Positions 28,342 through 40,166 of a DNA stretch of 64,000 bases are shown here, piece after piece. The translations under genes and the position numbers were made by a program. Numbering within the stretch: the stretch's first letter is position 1; every line of letters begins with the position of its first letter. Below the pieces are notes generated by a model. The model was given only the letters and a program-made list of their open reading frames with translations, was not told the DNA's origin and did not search any database. This DNA comes from Candidatus Latescibacterota bacterium (GTDB taxonomy: Bacteria > Latescibacterota > UBA2968): NCBI GenBank assembly GCA_965207885.1, contig OZ242311.1, positions 1,920,001-1,984,000 on the forward strand, given 5' to 3'.

Positions 28342-31300
28342 TCAAATTAGGCTCTGCAACACATTTTTAGCCGATTCTAACCGCGATTGCGGTCCCTTTC
28401 CAATTAGTGCGACTTCGATTTTTGGCGGCTCTCCCAGGGCAAATTCCAGGGGGATTGGTGACTGTGTCACCATCCGTTCGATATCTGTTCGCATCAGGGG
28501 TTTGTCTGGCGACAGGGTCATTGTCATGGTCTGTCCGATTTGCAACTGGGACAACCTGAGTTGGCGGGCCAAAATTTTGACCTGTAAGATGTCTAATAAT
28601 GCGGACGTGGGGTCGGGCAAAGGTCCAAAGCGGTCCGCGAGTTCTTCCTCTATTGCCAGGACTTCCACTGTTCGCCTTATCTGGCCCAATCTCTGATAAA
28701 ACTGCATTTTTTGATCTGCATCTGGAATATAGTCGTCTGGAATATACGACGAGACGGACACCTGTACATCTGGCTCAATCGCAGGTTCAGTCTCATCGCC
28801 TTTAATTTGCCGCACGGCTTCGTCCAAAAGGCGCGTGTACAAATCAAATCCCACGGCTGCTATATGTCCGTGTTGTTGCGCGCCGAGCAAGTTGCCCGTG
28901 CCCCTGATTTCCATGTCTCGCATTGAAATGTGAAAACCCGATCCCAAATCCGAAAATTCTTCGATGGCGCGCAATCGCCGTACCGCTGGTTTTTTGAGTG
29001 CTTGCCACGACGGCACGAATAAATACGCATACGCTCGCTTATTCGATCGCCCCACTCGACCGCGCAATTGATACAACTGCGCCAATCCCAGGCGATCTGC
29101 CCGATTTACGATTAGCGTGTTCGCGTTGGGAATGTCCAGTCCGGATTCCACGATCATGGTCGAGACCAGAACATCGTATTTGTGCTCAAAAAAGTCCATC
29201 ATCACTTTTTCGAGTTGTCGCTCGGGCATTTGTCCATGTCCCATGCCAAAACGCACCTGCGGTAGCAAGCGCGTGAGAAAGCCCATCATCGCGTGCATGG
29301 ATTGAACCCGATTGTGGACAAAATAAATCTGTCCACCGCGATCTACTTCCCGTAAGACCGCTTCGGCAATGCGGTCTTCTTCAAAAGCCAGCACTTCGGT
29401 CTGAATTGGCAAGCGGTCTTTGGGTGGGGTTTGTATGACAGACATATCGCGTGCGCCCATCAGCGACATGTGCAGGGTGCGCGGAATAGGTGTGGCGGTA
29501 AGTGTCAACACATCTACCAGGCGTCGCATTTCTTTTAACCGCTCTTTGTGCCGCACCCCAAAGCGGTGTTCTTCGTCTATGACCAGAAGGCCGAGGGATT
29601 TGAAGTTGACATCTTTTGACAACAACCGATGCGTGCCCACCACGATATCTACGGTGCCTTTCTTCATTGCTTCGAGGGTTCGCGTCTGTTCGGCCCGCGT
29701 TCGGAAGCGGCTCAAGACCGCTACATGAACGGGAAATTCGGAAAACCGTTCGCAAAATGTGCGATAATGTTGTTGCGCCAATATGGTCGTGGGGGCGAGC
29801 ACTGCTACTTGTTTGCCATCTAAAATTGCCTTAAACGCCCCGCGAATCGCCACTTCTGTTTTGCCATATCCCACATCGCCACAAATCAAGCGGTCCATGG
29901 CAGACTGCGCTTCCATATCTTTTCGCACGGCGTCAATCGCTTCTTGTTGATCCCGGGTTTCGCGATAGGGAAACGAGGCTTCAAGTGCATTCATTTCTGA
30001 CCCGTCAGACGAAAATGCCATGCCCGGTTGCGCCTTGCGTTCGGCGTATAATGACACGAGCTCTGCCGCCATTTTGAATATGGCTTTACGCGTCTTTTCC
30101 TTTAGCCGCTCCCATGCTACTGTGCCCAATTTGCTCAATACGGGTACTACGCCATCTTGGCTTGAATATTTTTGCACCTGATCCATCTGATCCACGGGCA
30201 CAAAAACCCGATCCCCATCTCGATATCCAATGGTCAGACAATCGCTGGACATGCGGCCTATTTCAATTCGCTTCACGCCTTCAAACCGACCGATTCCGTG
30301 ATCTACGTGTACGACAAAATCGCCGCGCTGAAGTGCGGTCACGGTCTTGATGGGCTGCGCGTCTTGAAAACGTCGATACCGCCGCCTGCGATGTACGCGA
30401 CTGTAAATTTCGTGGTCGTTGATCAAAAAGACTTTGCCGGGGCGGTATGTAAATCCGGATTGTAGTGTGCCCACGTACAGGGAGACCACATCAGCACTTT
30501 CTTCCAAAATTTCTTCCAATCGCGCTTTTTGTCCATCACTTTCACACAGAATGACCACTTCATAAGCGTCCAACCAGTGCTTTCGCAAATCCTCTTTTAA
30601 CAGTTGCACATGGCCTTCGTAGTGTCGCCCACTCTGTCCACCCAAATCCACCACTTCCTCAGATGCCCCTCCCAGTGCGCGATTCAAGACCCGGGGCATG
30701 CGTTCCAATTGCCGAAGCACGGTTTCCGGTTGTCGGAGTACACACCGCGCTGGCAAGGGTTCTGTTTCCGCCCGCCGTTTTTTTTGTCGCTGTGCGATTT
30801 GCTCACACGCGTGCCAGGCGTTATCCGCGGCATTAGCGATGCCATCCGGGTCATCGAGGACGAGCCAGCATCCTTCGGGCACGTAATCCAGCAATCCCGT
30901 TCGTTCGCCATATAACACACTCAAATAGTGTTCCTGTCCTTCAAAAATGCCTTCGCGTTCCAGTAAGTTTCGCACCTCGGGCAATTCAATACCTTGATCC
31001 CGTTCTGCTATTTCCAGATTTTCCAAATAAATATCTGCCATTGTCAACGGAAGTACGCTTTCTCGACAGGGCAAAATGCGCGTTTTCTCCATTTGCTCGA
31101 TAGACCGCTGCGTGCTAAAGTCAAATGCCCGGATGGATGAAATTTCATCGCCCCAAAACTCCAGTCTGATCGGATGCGCGTTGCCAAACGAACAAATATC
31201 CAGGATGCCGCCGCGCATCCCAAATTGTCCCACACCCTCCACGGTTGTTACCCGTTCATATCCAATTTCCACCAGATGATCCGCCAGTTGTAGGGGCGAT

Positions 31301-31749
31301 GTTTCCTGTTCCAGACGAAGCGTTTTTACACTCAAGTCAAAGAGGTCTGGAGGTATCGTGTGTCCCATTAGAGCTTCGATGGGTGTGACCACAATGCCGC
31401 TGGCCTCCCGGCGTAGCTGGTCCAATGCTTCCATCCGCAAGCCCACGACATCGAGGTGCGGCGAACGCCCGTCAAAATGGGCTACATCCCAACCCGGAAA
31501 GTAGCCCACATGGTCTTCGTCTAATAGCCGCTCCAAATCATTGCGCAATAACTCGGCGCGGTCCTCATCTGCACATACGACTACCACGGGGCCAGGTACG
31601 GTTTCTTCAATCCACGCGATGGCAAATGCCGATAGCGATCCGGATCCTCCGCGCATGGTTATGACCCGCTCTCCCGATTCCAGTTTTTGCGACAAGTCCT
31701 TAAATGACGTCGAGTTTTTGATTCTGTTGTACAATCTGTCAACGGACAT
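28342..31749 (-). CDS. mfd: Transcription-repair coupling factor
   Basis: GDFVVHVDHGIG, MDRLICGDVGYGKTEVA, IDEEHRFGV, QLRGRVGRS, TRCF domain. Confidence 0.97.
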   Translation of the reverse strand: MSVDRLYNRIKNSTSFKDLSQKLESGERVITMRGGSGSLSAFAIAWIEETVPGPVVVVCADEDRAELLRNDLERLLDEDHVGYFPGWDVAHFDGRSPHLDVVGLRMEALDQLRREASGIVVTPIEALMGHTIPPDLFDLSVKTLRLEQETSPLQLADHLVEIGYERVTTVEGVGQFGMRGGILDICSFGNAHPIRLEFWGDEISSIRAFDFSTQRSIEQMEKTRILPCRESVLPLTMADIYLENLEIAERDQGIELPEVRNLLEREGIFEGQEHYLSVLYGERTGLLDYVPEGCWLVLDDPDGIANAADNAWHACEQIAQRQKKRRAETEPLPARCVLRQPETVLRQLERMPRVLNRALGGASEEVVDLGGQSGRHYEGHVQLLKEDLRKHWLDAYEVVILCESDGQKARLEEILEESADVVSLYVGTLQSGFTYRPGKVFLINDHEIYSRVHRRRRYRRFQDAQPIKTVTALQRGDFVVHVDHGIGRFEGVKRIEIGRMSSDCLTIGYRDGDRVFVPVDQMDQVQKYSSQDGVVPVLSKLGTVAWERLKEKTRKAIFKMAAELVSLYAERKAQPGMAFSSDGSEMNALEASFPYRETRDQQEAIDAVRKDMEAQSAMDRLICGDVGYGKTEVAIRGAFKAILDGKQVAVLAPTTILAQQHYRTFCERFSEFPVHVAVLSRFRTRAEQTRTLEAMKKGTVDIVVGTHRLLSKDVNFKSLGLLVIDEEHRFGVRHKERLKEMRRLVDVLTLTATPIPRTLHMSLMGARDMSVIQTPPKDRLPIQTEVLAFEEDRIAEAVLREVDRGGQIYFVHNRVQSMHAMMGFLTRLLPQVRFGMGHGQMPERQLEKVMMDFFEHKYDVLVSTMIVESGLDIPNANTLIVNRADRLGLAQLYQLRGRVGRSNKRAYAYLFVPSWQALKKPAVRRLRAIEEFSDLGSGFHISMRDMEIRGTGNLLGAQQHGHIAAVGFDLYTRLLDEAVRQIKGDETEPAIEPDVQVSVSSYIPDDYIPDADQKMQFYQRLGQIRRTVEVLAIEEELADRFGPLPDPTSALLDILQVKILARQLRLSQLQIGQTMTMTLSPDKPLMRTDIERMVTQSPIPLEFALGEPPKIEVALIGKGPQSRLESAKNVLQSLI

Positions 31750-31780
31750 AAATTTTAACTTTTCCTCCCAAACAGTACAC

Positions 31781-31821
31781 GCCAAAAAGCTCGACACATG
31801 ATATGCGTCGAGCTTTTTGGC
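31781..31821. terminator. Hairpin/terminator downstream of tRNA-Asp
   Basis: GCCAAAAAGCTCGAC-loop-GTCGAGCTTTTTGGC, 15-bp perfect arms. Confidence 0.75.
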
Positions 31822-31824
31822 AAA

Positions 31825-31902
31825 TGGCGGGGTAGACGGGGCTCGAACCCGCGACCACCGGCGTGACAGGCCGGTACTCTAACCAGACTGAGCTACTACC
31901 CC
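31825..31902 (-). tRNA. tRNA-Asp(GTC)
   Basis: GGGGTAGTAGCTCAGTCTGGTTAGAGTACCGGCCT-GTC-ACGCCGG...GGTTCGAGCCCCGTCTACCCCGCCA. Confidence 0.97.
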
Positions 31903-31948
31903 AAGTTCAATTATAAAAATGATCTTCAAAATTCCATGAAGGTCCGAA

Positions 31949-31977
31949 AATTTAACAAGGTGTCTTTTTGGTGTCAA
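31949..31977 (-). promoter_or_regulatory. Sigma70 promoter of tRNA-Asp
   Basis: TTGACA-17 bp-TAAATT. Confidence 0.7.
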
Positions 31978-32056
31978 GCAAATTTAATACATCATACCCC
32001 TTGTTTTTGGCATCTCATCTCGTTATGTTAGGGCAAAACTCTCAAAGGAGGATTCT

Positions 32057-35000
32057 ATGACCCGACGCGATGCCTTATGGATCGTTTGCTTCCTGATCGC
32101 AGGTGCGCTCGGTCTAACCTGTTATATACAGTTTTTTGACCGCGCGCTTCCAGTTGCTTCGCTCAATTTTCGCGTTGATCGCGAACAAGCACATCAGGCT
32201 GCCGAAGCGTATCTTAACCACCTGGGTTACGATCTCACAGATTATGAAAGTGCTCAGGTCTTTTCATACTCCAGCCTGCCCCAGGTGTTTCTCGAACGCA
32301 CCCTGGGTCTTGAGGAAACCAACCGTCTCGTGCGTGAGTGGGTCTCGGTATGGTATTGGAACATCCGCTGGTTTAAGCCGCTGCAAAAAGAAGAATTGCG
32401 CGTGCGTATTGATCCCGGCGGACGCATCGTAGGGTTTACGCATAGTATTCTGGAGTCTGACGAAGGCGCGAGTCTTTCAGAAGAAGATGCCCGCGTTATT
32501 GCGGAAGTCTTTCTAACCAATGTGCAGGGCTTTCAACTCGACGATTACGAATCTATCGAAGCGTCGAGTATTGAGCGCCCCAATCGAATGGATCACACTT
32601 TTACTTACCGCAAAAAAGATTTTGTTGTGGGCGATGATGGGCACTACCGTTTGCGCGTTACGGTTAAGGGCGACAAAGCGGGTTATTTTGCCGAATATCT
32701 CAAAGTGCCCGAAACTTTTTCGCGCAATTATCGAGAAATTCGCTCGCGTGCGGGCCTGCTCACCAATATTGCTTCGGTTTTCTTTTTTGCGCTGGGTATC
32801 GCAATGGTTGTCGTGCTCGTGCGTAAATATCGCCAGCACACATTGATATGGCATGCTGCTCTTGGCGTGGGTATTCTCGTGGCTGCTACCAGTTTCCTCG
32901 GTGCCGTCAATGGGTATCCGCTCACGCGCTTCGGTTACGATACCACGCAGTCATTTGTTTCTTTTATTCTCACCTTTATCTTCGGCGGTCTGTTGAGTGC
33001 AGTGCTGAGCGGGGTTATTATCGCGTTGTCCGGTACAGCCGGGGGGGCTGCCGCTCAGGATGTGGAAGGCTGGAAAAATCCGCTCGCGCGTCTGTCTCTG
33101 CGGGGCTGGCGATCTGCGAATTTTGCGCATGTCACCCTTGTCGGTTATGGGCTTGCATTTGCCCATCTGGGATACGTCACCATCTTTTACATTTTGGGCA
33201 ATGATTATCTGGGGGTCTGGTCTCCCGCGGCGATGACACAGTACAGCAATACGTATAGTACTTACTTGCCGTGGATTTATCCCCTGCTTATCGGTCTTCT
33301 CGCTGCGACGATGGAAGAATTTTTCTTCCGCCTACTCGCCATTTCCCTGCTCATTAGGTATCTAAAAAAGACCTGGTTGGCCGTGCTCATTCCCGCGATT
33401 GTGTGGGCCTTTTTGCACGCGAATTATCCGCAGGAGCCTATTTATATTCGCGGTCTTGAACTCACAGTAGTCGGCGTTATCTTTGGCATTGTGTTTTTGC
33501 GCTACGGTGTTTGGGCAACGATTATTTCGCATTATGTGTACAATTGCTTTCTCGGCATTTATCCTATGGTGCAGTCCGATAGTCTCTACTTCAAGGTCTC
33601 GGGTATTCTGGCGGTTGCGATTATCTTTATTCCTGCCATTCCCGCTATTTTTGGCGTGATTACGGGGCGCTATAAAGAGATTGAGGAACCCGAGGAGGTT
33701 TCGCCCCCTGAACCGCCAGAGGCGCCAGTATCCGAAACACCGATTTCCGAACCCGAACCACCCGCTGAACCCGAGGTCGAACGCAAAACCCTTTCGGATT
33801 ATCTCATTCCCAAAAGTGGTCTCGTCGTTTTTGGCGTTCTGGGGCTGATCGGTTGGTCCGTGTATTTTATATCCGACCTCCCGGGATTTGCCAAATACGC
33901 CCGCGAGTCCATGATCACACGGGCCGAGGCGATTGAGAAGGCAGAGGACATCCGGCGTCAACTCGGGCTCGATCTCGAAAGTTATCAACGCACCACGTCA
34001 TTTTCCAGTGGTTTTGGATCTGGCCATTTTACACATCTTATCCGAAATGTCGATCTGGCGCGTGCGGACACGCTCGCTGCTGAGCATACAGCTTCGTGGC
34101 GCTGGAGGGTGCGCTGGTTCAAACCTCTGGAAAAGGAAGAACTCACCATCAGTATTGATGGCAATGGCGATTTATGTCGCATATCGCATTATGTCCCCGA
34201 AAATCGGGAAGGCGCAGAACTCAGTACGGAAGAAGCGCAAAAGATCGCCGAGGTCTTTCTATCCGAATATTTACAGCGCGATGTGACAGATACTGCTCTT
34301 TACAAACGCCTTGAAGCTCGTTCGCAAAAACGCGAAAACAGAATGGACCACAGTTTTGTGTGGGAGCGCACGGATATCAAAGTTGAAGAGGGAGAATTTC
34401 GCATTATTGCCTCTGTACAGGGCGATCAAATCGGTCAGACAAACGCATACTACAAAGCACCCGAAGAGTTTTTGCGCAAATTGCGCGAACGCACGGCCAA
34501 AATTACCATTGTCTCTACTGTCTCGACAATCGCAGTTATTGTTACGGCTGTGCTCGCCATTATTTTCTTTTTACGCGCCTATCGCGATGGACATGTCAAC
34601 TGGCAGTTGCCCATTCGCGTTGGCATTCTATCTGGTGTGTGCTTTGTACTCGCAACACTCAATAATCTGCCTGCGTTCTACGCAGGTTATAATACCAGTG
34701 AAGCAATGAGTACTTTTCTCGGAGATAAACTCATTGGCTTCGTCATAGGACTTGTTACTGCTGCGATCATGGTTTTTTTACTTTGTGCGTTTGGCGATAC
34801 GATGTATCGCCGTGAACGCCCCCGTGAGATGCAAATTTCCGATTGGATCAATGTGCTCCGCCTTAAGATAAATAGCGGGGCACTCTGGTGGCAGGTTGCC
34901 TTTCTGGTCGTATGCTGTTTGGGTATTGCCAGGGGGAATGGCATTTTTTCGTCTTATATCAATTTCACCTATCTCGGCGATTATCTCGTCGCAGGTGGTG

Positions 35001-35455
35001 GTAGGCCCCCTGAAATCAATAGCTATTTCCCCGCATTTGGGGAACTAATCGACGAAGTCAACGGTATGCTCATAGCTCCCTTTGCCATTCTGGGTATTCT
35101 GTTTGTCTGGTGGCGCGTGATAGGCAAGATAAATCTGGTTATTCTCGGCGTATTGCTCGTGCTTATCTTTCAATCGGTGATCTCGCCAGCAAAAGACTTT
35201 TACCACGCGGGCATTCTTCTCGCCAAAAGCATCCCATATTGGGTGATTATGGCTTTCCTCATTTTGAAGTATATTCGCTTCAATCTGCTCTTTTATGCCG
35301 TGATGGCCTGGTGTTCAATTATTTTTGTTGGCATTCGCTATCTCAAATACGATCCCGGTATTTACCAGATCAATGGCACTCTCATGATCCTCTTTGGCCT
35401 CGTTCCCCTCATTCTCGCCGTTCTCGCATGGTACAAAGCGCGATCCTCTGTGTAG
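32057..35455 (+). CDS. Large membrane protein with CPBP (CAAX/Abi) intramembrane protease domain and duplicated extracytoplasmic domain
   Basis: MEEFFFR, WAFLHANY, SHYVYN motifs; WNIRWFKPLQKEEL / WRVRWFKPLEKEEL and RPNRMDHTF / RENRMDHSF duplications. Confidence 0.8.
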   Translation: MTRRDALWIVCFLIAGALGLTCYIQFFDRALPVASLNFRVDREQAHQAAEAYLNHLGYDLTDYESAQVFSYSSLPQVFLERTLGLEETNRLVREWVSVWYWNIRWFKPLQKEELRVRIDPGGRIVGFTHSILESDEGASLSEEDARVIAEVFLTNVQGFQLDDYESIEASSIERPNRMDHTFTYRKKDFVVGDDGHYRLRVTVKGDKAGYFAEYLKVPETFSRNYREIRSRAGLLTNIASVFFFALGIAMVVVLVRKYRQHTLIWHAALGVGILVAATSFLGAVNGYPLTRFGYDTTQSFVSFILTFIFGGLLSAVLSGVIIALSGTAGGAAAQDVEGWKNPLARLSLRGWRSANFAHVTLVGYGLAFAHLGYVTIFYILGNDYLGVWSPAAMTQYSNTYSTYLPWIYPLLIGLLAATMEEFFFRLLAISLLIRYLKKTWLAVLIPAIVWAFLHANYPQEPIYIRGLELTVVGVIFGIVFLRYGVWATIISHYVYNCFLGIYPMVQSDSLYFKVSGILAVAIIFIPAIPAIFGVITGRYKEIEEPEEVSPPEPPEAPVSETPISEPEPPAEPEVERKTLSDYLIPKSGLVVFGVLGLIGWSVYFISDLPGFAKYARESMITRAEAIEKAEDIRRQLGLDLESYQRTTSFSSGFGSGHFTHLIRNVDLARADTLAAEHTASWRWRVRWFKPLEKEELTISIDGNGDLCRISHYVPENREGAELSTEEAQKIAEVFLSEYLQRDVTDTALYKRLEARSQKRENRMDHSFVWERTDIKVEEGEFRIIASVQGDQIGQTNAYYKAPEEFLRKLRERTAKITIVSTVSTIAVIVTAVLAIIFFLRAYRDGHVNWQLPIRVGILSGVCFVLATLNNLPAFYAGYNTSEAMSTFLGDKLIGFVIGLVTAAIMVFLLCAFGDTMYRRERPREMQISDWINVLRLKINSGALWWQVAFLVVCCLGIARGNGIFSSYINFTYLGDYLVAGGGRPPEINSYFPAFGELIDEVNGMLIAPFAILGILFVWWRVIGKINLVILGVLLVLIFQSVISPAKDFYHAGILLAKSIPYWVIMAFLILKYIRFNLLFYAVMAWCSIIFVGIRYLKYDPGIYQINGTLMILFGLVPLILAVLAWYKARSSV

Positions 35456-35458
35456 GAG

Positions 35459-36682
35459 GTGTCTGTGACCCCTATCCGCACGGCCTGGCCGACTTCGGTA
35501 GCGGAGGAGGCTTACTGGCAGTCGATTCGCAAGGAGTACATGATTGCGCCGGATGAAGTTTATCTCAATACTGGCTCTTTTGGTTCACAGCCCAGACCCG
35601 TGTTTGAGAAGATGTTGGAAATATTGGAGGATGTTGAACGCAACCCTACGCGACATCGGGCGGAATATAACAGCGTAGTAGATAACTCTCGTGCCCACCT
35701 GGCAGCGTTTATCAATGCGCCAGCAGAGGATATTGCTTTTGCCACCAATGTTACTATGGCTATCAACATGGTGGTGCATGGGCTGGATTGGCGGCCAGGC
35801 GATGAAATTCTGGCTTCAAATCAGGAGTACGGCGCGATTGACAACTGTCTGCATCTGGCAGAGCACCGCTATGGCGTGGTGGTCAAGCGCGCCCAGATTC
35901 CTATACCTCCCGAGCACCCAGAAGATATTCTGAATGCTTTTGAAAGTGAATTTACAGACCGCACCAGACTGGTTTTTTGCAGCCATATCACCACCCGCAC
36001 GGGGCTGATCACTCCGATTAGAGCACTGACCCGACTGGCACACGATCGCGGTGCGCTGATTGCAGTAGATGGCGCGCACGCTCCTGGGATGATTCCACTG
36101 AACTTGCGGGATCTCGGTTGTGATTTTTACGGCGGCAATTGTCACAAATGGCTTTGTGCGCCCAAAGGCACTGGTTTTCTTTATGCATCATCGTCAATGC
36201 AAGAACGACTCAATCACGTTGTTGTGAGTTGGGGATATAGCCAGGAAGGCGCGAGGAGGGGGACAGACGGCATTTTGCGGATTAATGACCGTCCGTTTAT
36301 GTGGGGTATTGAAAACTGGGGCACTCGAGACCAGGCCTGTTTTGCATCGGTGAGCGCAGCGGTTGAATTTCAAGAGGCGGTTGGCAAAAAGCGGATTCGA
36401 GAACGGGGGCAGCAACTGGCGGCGTACTTGCGGGATCGTTTGGCTACAACTGGTTGGGCAAAATTGCTTACGCCTTCTGTGCCAGATCTATCTGGATTGA
36501 TCTCGGCTTTTCATCTTTCTGGATTTGACGACCTGGATCTTCTTTATGAGCGATATCGGATTACTGTGCCGACTGCAAAGAGCGATGGTGTTTACTGGAT
36601 GCGCGTTTCTACCCATATCTGCAATGGCTTTGATCATGTAGATCGTTTGATAGATGCGTTATATGAAGAAAGAGATGCCTGA
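35459..36682 (+). CDS. Class V PLP aminotransferase (isopenicillin N epimerase/cysteine lyase-like)
   Basis: YLNTGSFG, VDGAHAPG, DFYGGNCHKWLCAPKGTGFL. Confidence 0.88.
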   Translation: MSVTPIRTAWPTSVAEEAYWQSIRKEYMIAPDEVYLNTGSFGSQPRPVFEKMLEILEDVERNPTRHRAEYNSVVDNSRAHLAAFINAPAEDIAFATNVTMAINMVVHGLDWRPGDEILASNQEYGAIDNCLHLAEHRYGVVVKRAQIPIPPEHPEDILNAFESEFTDRTRLVFCSHITTRTGLITPIRALTRLAHDRGALIAVDGAHAPGMIPLNLRDLGCDFYGGNCHKWLCAPKGTGFLYASSSMQERLNHVVVSWGYSQEGARRGTDGILRINDRPFMWGIENWGTRDQACFASVSAAVEFQEAVGKKRIRERGQQLAAYLRDRLATTGWAKLLTPSVPDLSGLISAFHLSGFDDLDLLYERYRITVPTAKSDGVYWMRVSTHICNGFDHVDRLIDALYEERDA

Positions 36683-36692
36683 ATTGTTGTGT

Positions 36693-38486
36693 TTAAGAAT
36701 TTACTTCATGAAATCCTCTGGGCAAATCTTCTCCCTTTACAAGTGCGGCTTTCAATGCGCGTGAGTGCTGACAATTACCTCTGTATTGAAATCCGCGGCA
36801 TGCACAGGACACGTCGTTTCCATCTACTTCTAATTCGTAAAAAGCCCCCGGCCGTGATGAACTCTCCGCGCGATACTTTGTAATTTTGGGTCCACTCAAT
36901 ACCCGCGCCAAAATCTCAATGGCTTCTTGCGATGGTTGTTGGCGTTCAACCGGTTCACCTGTGCCAAATGCCTCTGCATGCGCTTCCCGGAAGGTTGCGC
37001 TTGCCTCGCGCAACACTTCGCCCACTTGTGCGCTGTCTATGTCCCTGAGCAAGGCATCTACTCTGGGTTGTAACACGTTCATAATGCGTCGCATTTCACC
37101 CATTACATCGCGATGGAAGTCTTCGGGCAGTGCGCGGCCTTCTACCATTTGATCAATCAAATCCGCTTTTGTTTCCAGTACTGTGCGTACAAATGTATCG
37201 ACTGTATCACGTCCAACCATGTACGTCACATTTACCATACCCGTCTGCCCAATGCGATAAGCCCGATCTTCGGCTTGCCAGTGATTGACGGGTACCCAGT
37301 CCAGATCGTTAAAAATGACCTGGCGAGCCGCTGTCAGGTTTAGCCCCACGCCGCCTGCTGTGATATTTGCCAGCAATAATCGCACGTCATCGTCTTCCTG
37401 AAACCGATCCGCCCTTTCTTGTCGTTGTGCTACCGGCACTTCACCTGTGATGACCACGGCCTGGTCGCCGAATTTTGTTTTTAAAATTTCCAGTGGGCGC
37501 AAGAAGCACGAAAATACTATCGCTTTTTCTCCTTGATCCACCACATTCTCTACAAAGGGCAATGTCGTTCGCACTTTGGAAGTTGCCAATCGAAGTCTTG
37601 CCCTTGTCAACTGTCCCAGCGCGCGTCCCCGGTCTTCAGATGACGAGGATTCCTCCAAAGCCTCTCGCACTCCTCGCCGAGAGTATTTTTGTAGCAGTTC
37701 CAGGACGGCTGTGCTCATTCGATGCGCGACTCTACTCGATACATCTACATCCAACCACGTCCGTATCTTGGGTGGCAAATCCAGGACCTGATTCTTTGTC
37801 CGCCGCAGCATAATTCCGTGTAAATGTACAGTTAATTCTTCGATATTACTCGCGCCATCTGTTACCCATCCGTATTCCCCTTTATACGCATCGCAATACC
37901 GTTTTGCAAATCCCATAAAACTGCGTCCCAGGGCGTGTCGAGCAAGTTGTAGCAATGGAAAAAGATCTCTTGGCCGACTTGTCAAGGGCGTGCCCGTCAA
38001 GATATGCACTACTGTCTCTTCGGGCAATTGCCTCACCAGTTGCATAGAAAATTTGTGCCGCTGACTGCGGTGGTTTTTCAAATAATGCGCCTCGTCAAAG
38101 ACAACGCCTTTCCATTCCAGTGTACATAACGCATTGATGTGTTTGCCCAGGATATCGTAATTGACAATCGCCCAGCCCTCAAACCCAGCCTCGGGGGGAT
38201 CGTCCGGTCCAATAATCCATGTCTGTACACGGGGTAGAACAACCGCAATTTCTCTCGCCCAATTGCGCTTCACTGTTGCCGGGCAAATCACCAGATACGG
38301 TCCCTGAGGTTCGGTTTGTGACATCGCTATTACGGACTGTCGCGTTTTGCCCAGTCCCATGTCATCGGCTAAGATCGACCGCCGACGCCCCATCAAAAAC
38401 GCTATCCCCTCTACCTGATGTGGATATAGTCCTTTGGCAATATCTGTTGCGCGGTTGAGTATTCCTGTGTCGAATGTTTCAGCCAT
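36693..38486 (-). CDS. SNF2-family (SMARCAL1/HARP-like) helicase with C-terminal SWIM zinc finger
   Basis: LADDMGLGKT, FDEAHYLKN, LTGTP, GVGLNLT, QAEDRAYRIGQ; C-terminal SCACRGFQYRGNCQH. Confidence 0.88.
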   Translation of the reverse strand: MAETFDTGILNRATDIAKGLYPHQVEGIAFLMGRRRSILADDMGLGKTRQSVIAMSQTEPQGPYLVICPATVKRNWAREIAVVLPRVQTWIIGPDDPPEAGFEGWAIVNYDILGKHINALCTLEWKGVVFDEAHYLKNHRSQRHKFSMQLVRQLPEETVVHILTGTPLTSRPRDLFPLLQLARHALGRSFMGFAKRYCDAYKGEYGWVTDGASNIEELTVHLHGIMLRRTKNQVLDLPPKIRTWLDVDVSSRVAHRMSTAVLELLQKYSRRGVREALEESSSSEDRGRALGQLTRARLRLATSKVRTTLPFVENVVDQGEKAIVFSCFLRPLEILKTKFGDQAVVITGEVPVAQRQERADRFQEDDDVRLLLANITAGGVGLNLTAARQVIFNDLDWVPVNHWQAEDRAYRIGQTGMVNVTYMVGRDTVDTFVRTVLETKADLIDQMVEGRALPEDFHRDVMGEMRRIMNVLQPRVDALLRDIDSAQVGEVLREASATFREAHAEAFGTGEPVERQQPSQEAIEILARVLSGPKITKYRAESSSRPGAFYELEVDGNDVSCACRGFQYRGNCQHSRALKAALVKGEDLPRGFHEVNS

Positions 38487-38512
38487 AGAGACGACCTGTT
38501 TGGTGAATTTAG

Positions 38513-40084
<1,572 letters not shown>

Positions 40085-40106
40085 GCTATCTGTTTTAGTA
40101 CATGAC

Positions 40107-40144
40107 AAAGCGCTGTGCAGAAGTGATCTGCACAGCGCTTTTTT
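40107..40144 (+). terminator. Intrinsic terminator after ilvC (possibly bidirectional)
   Basis: AAAGCGCTGTGCAGA-AGTGA-TCTGCACAGCGCTTT followed by further T. Confidence 0.85.
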
Positions 40145-40166
40145 GTTAGGTGTTGGTGCGATTCAG

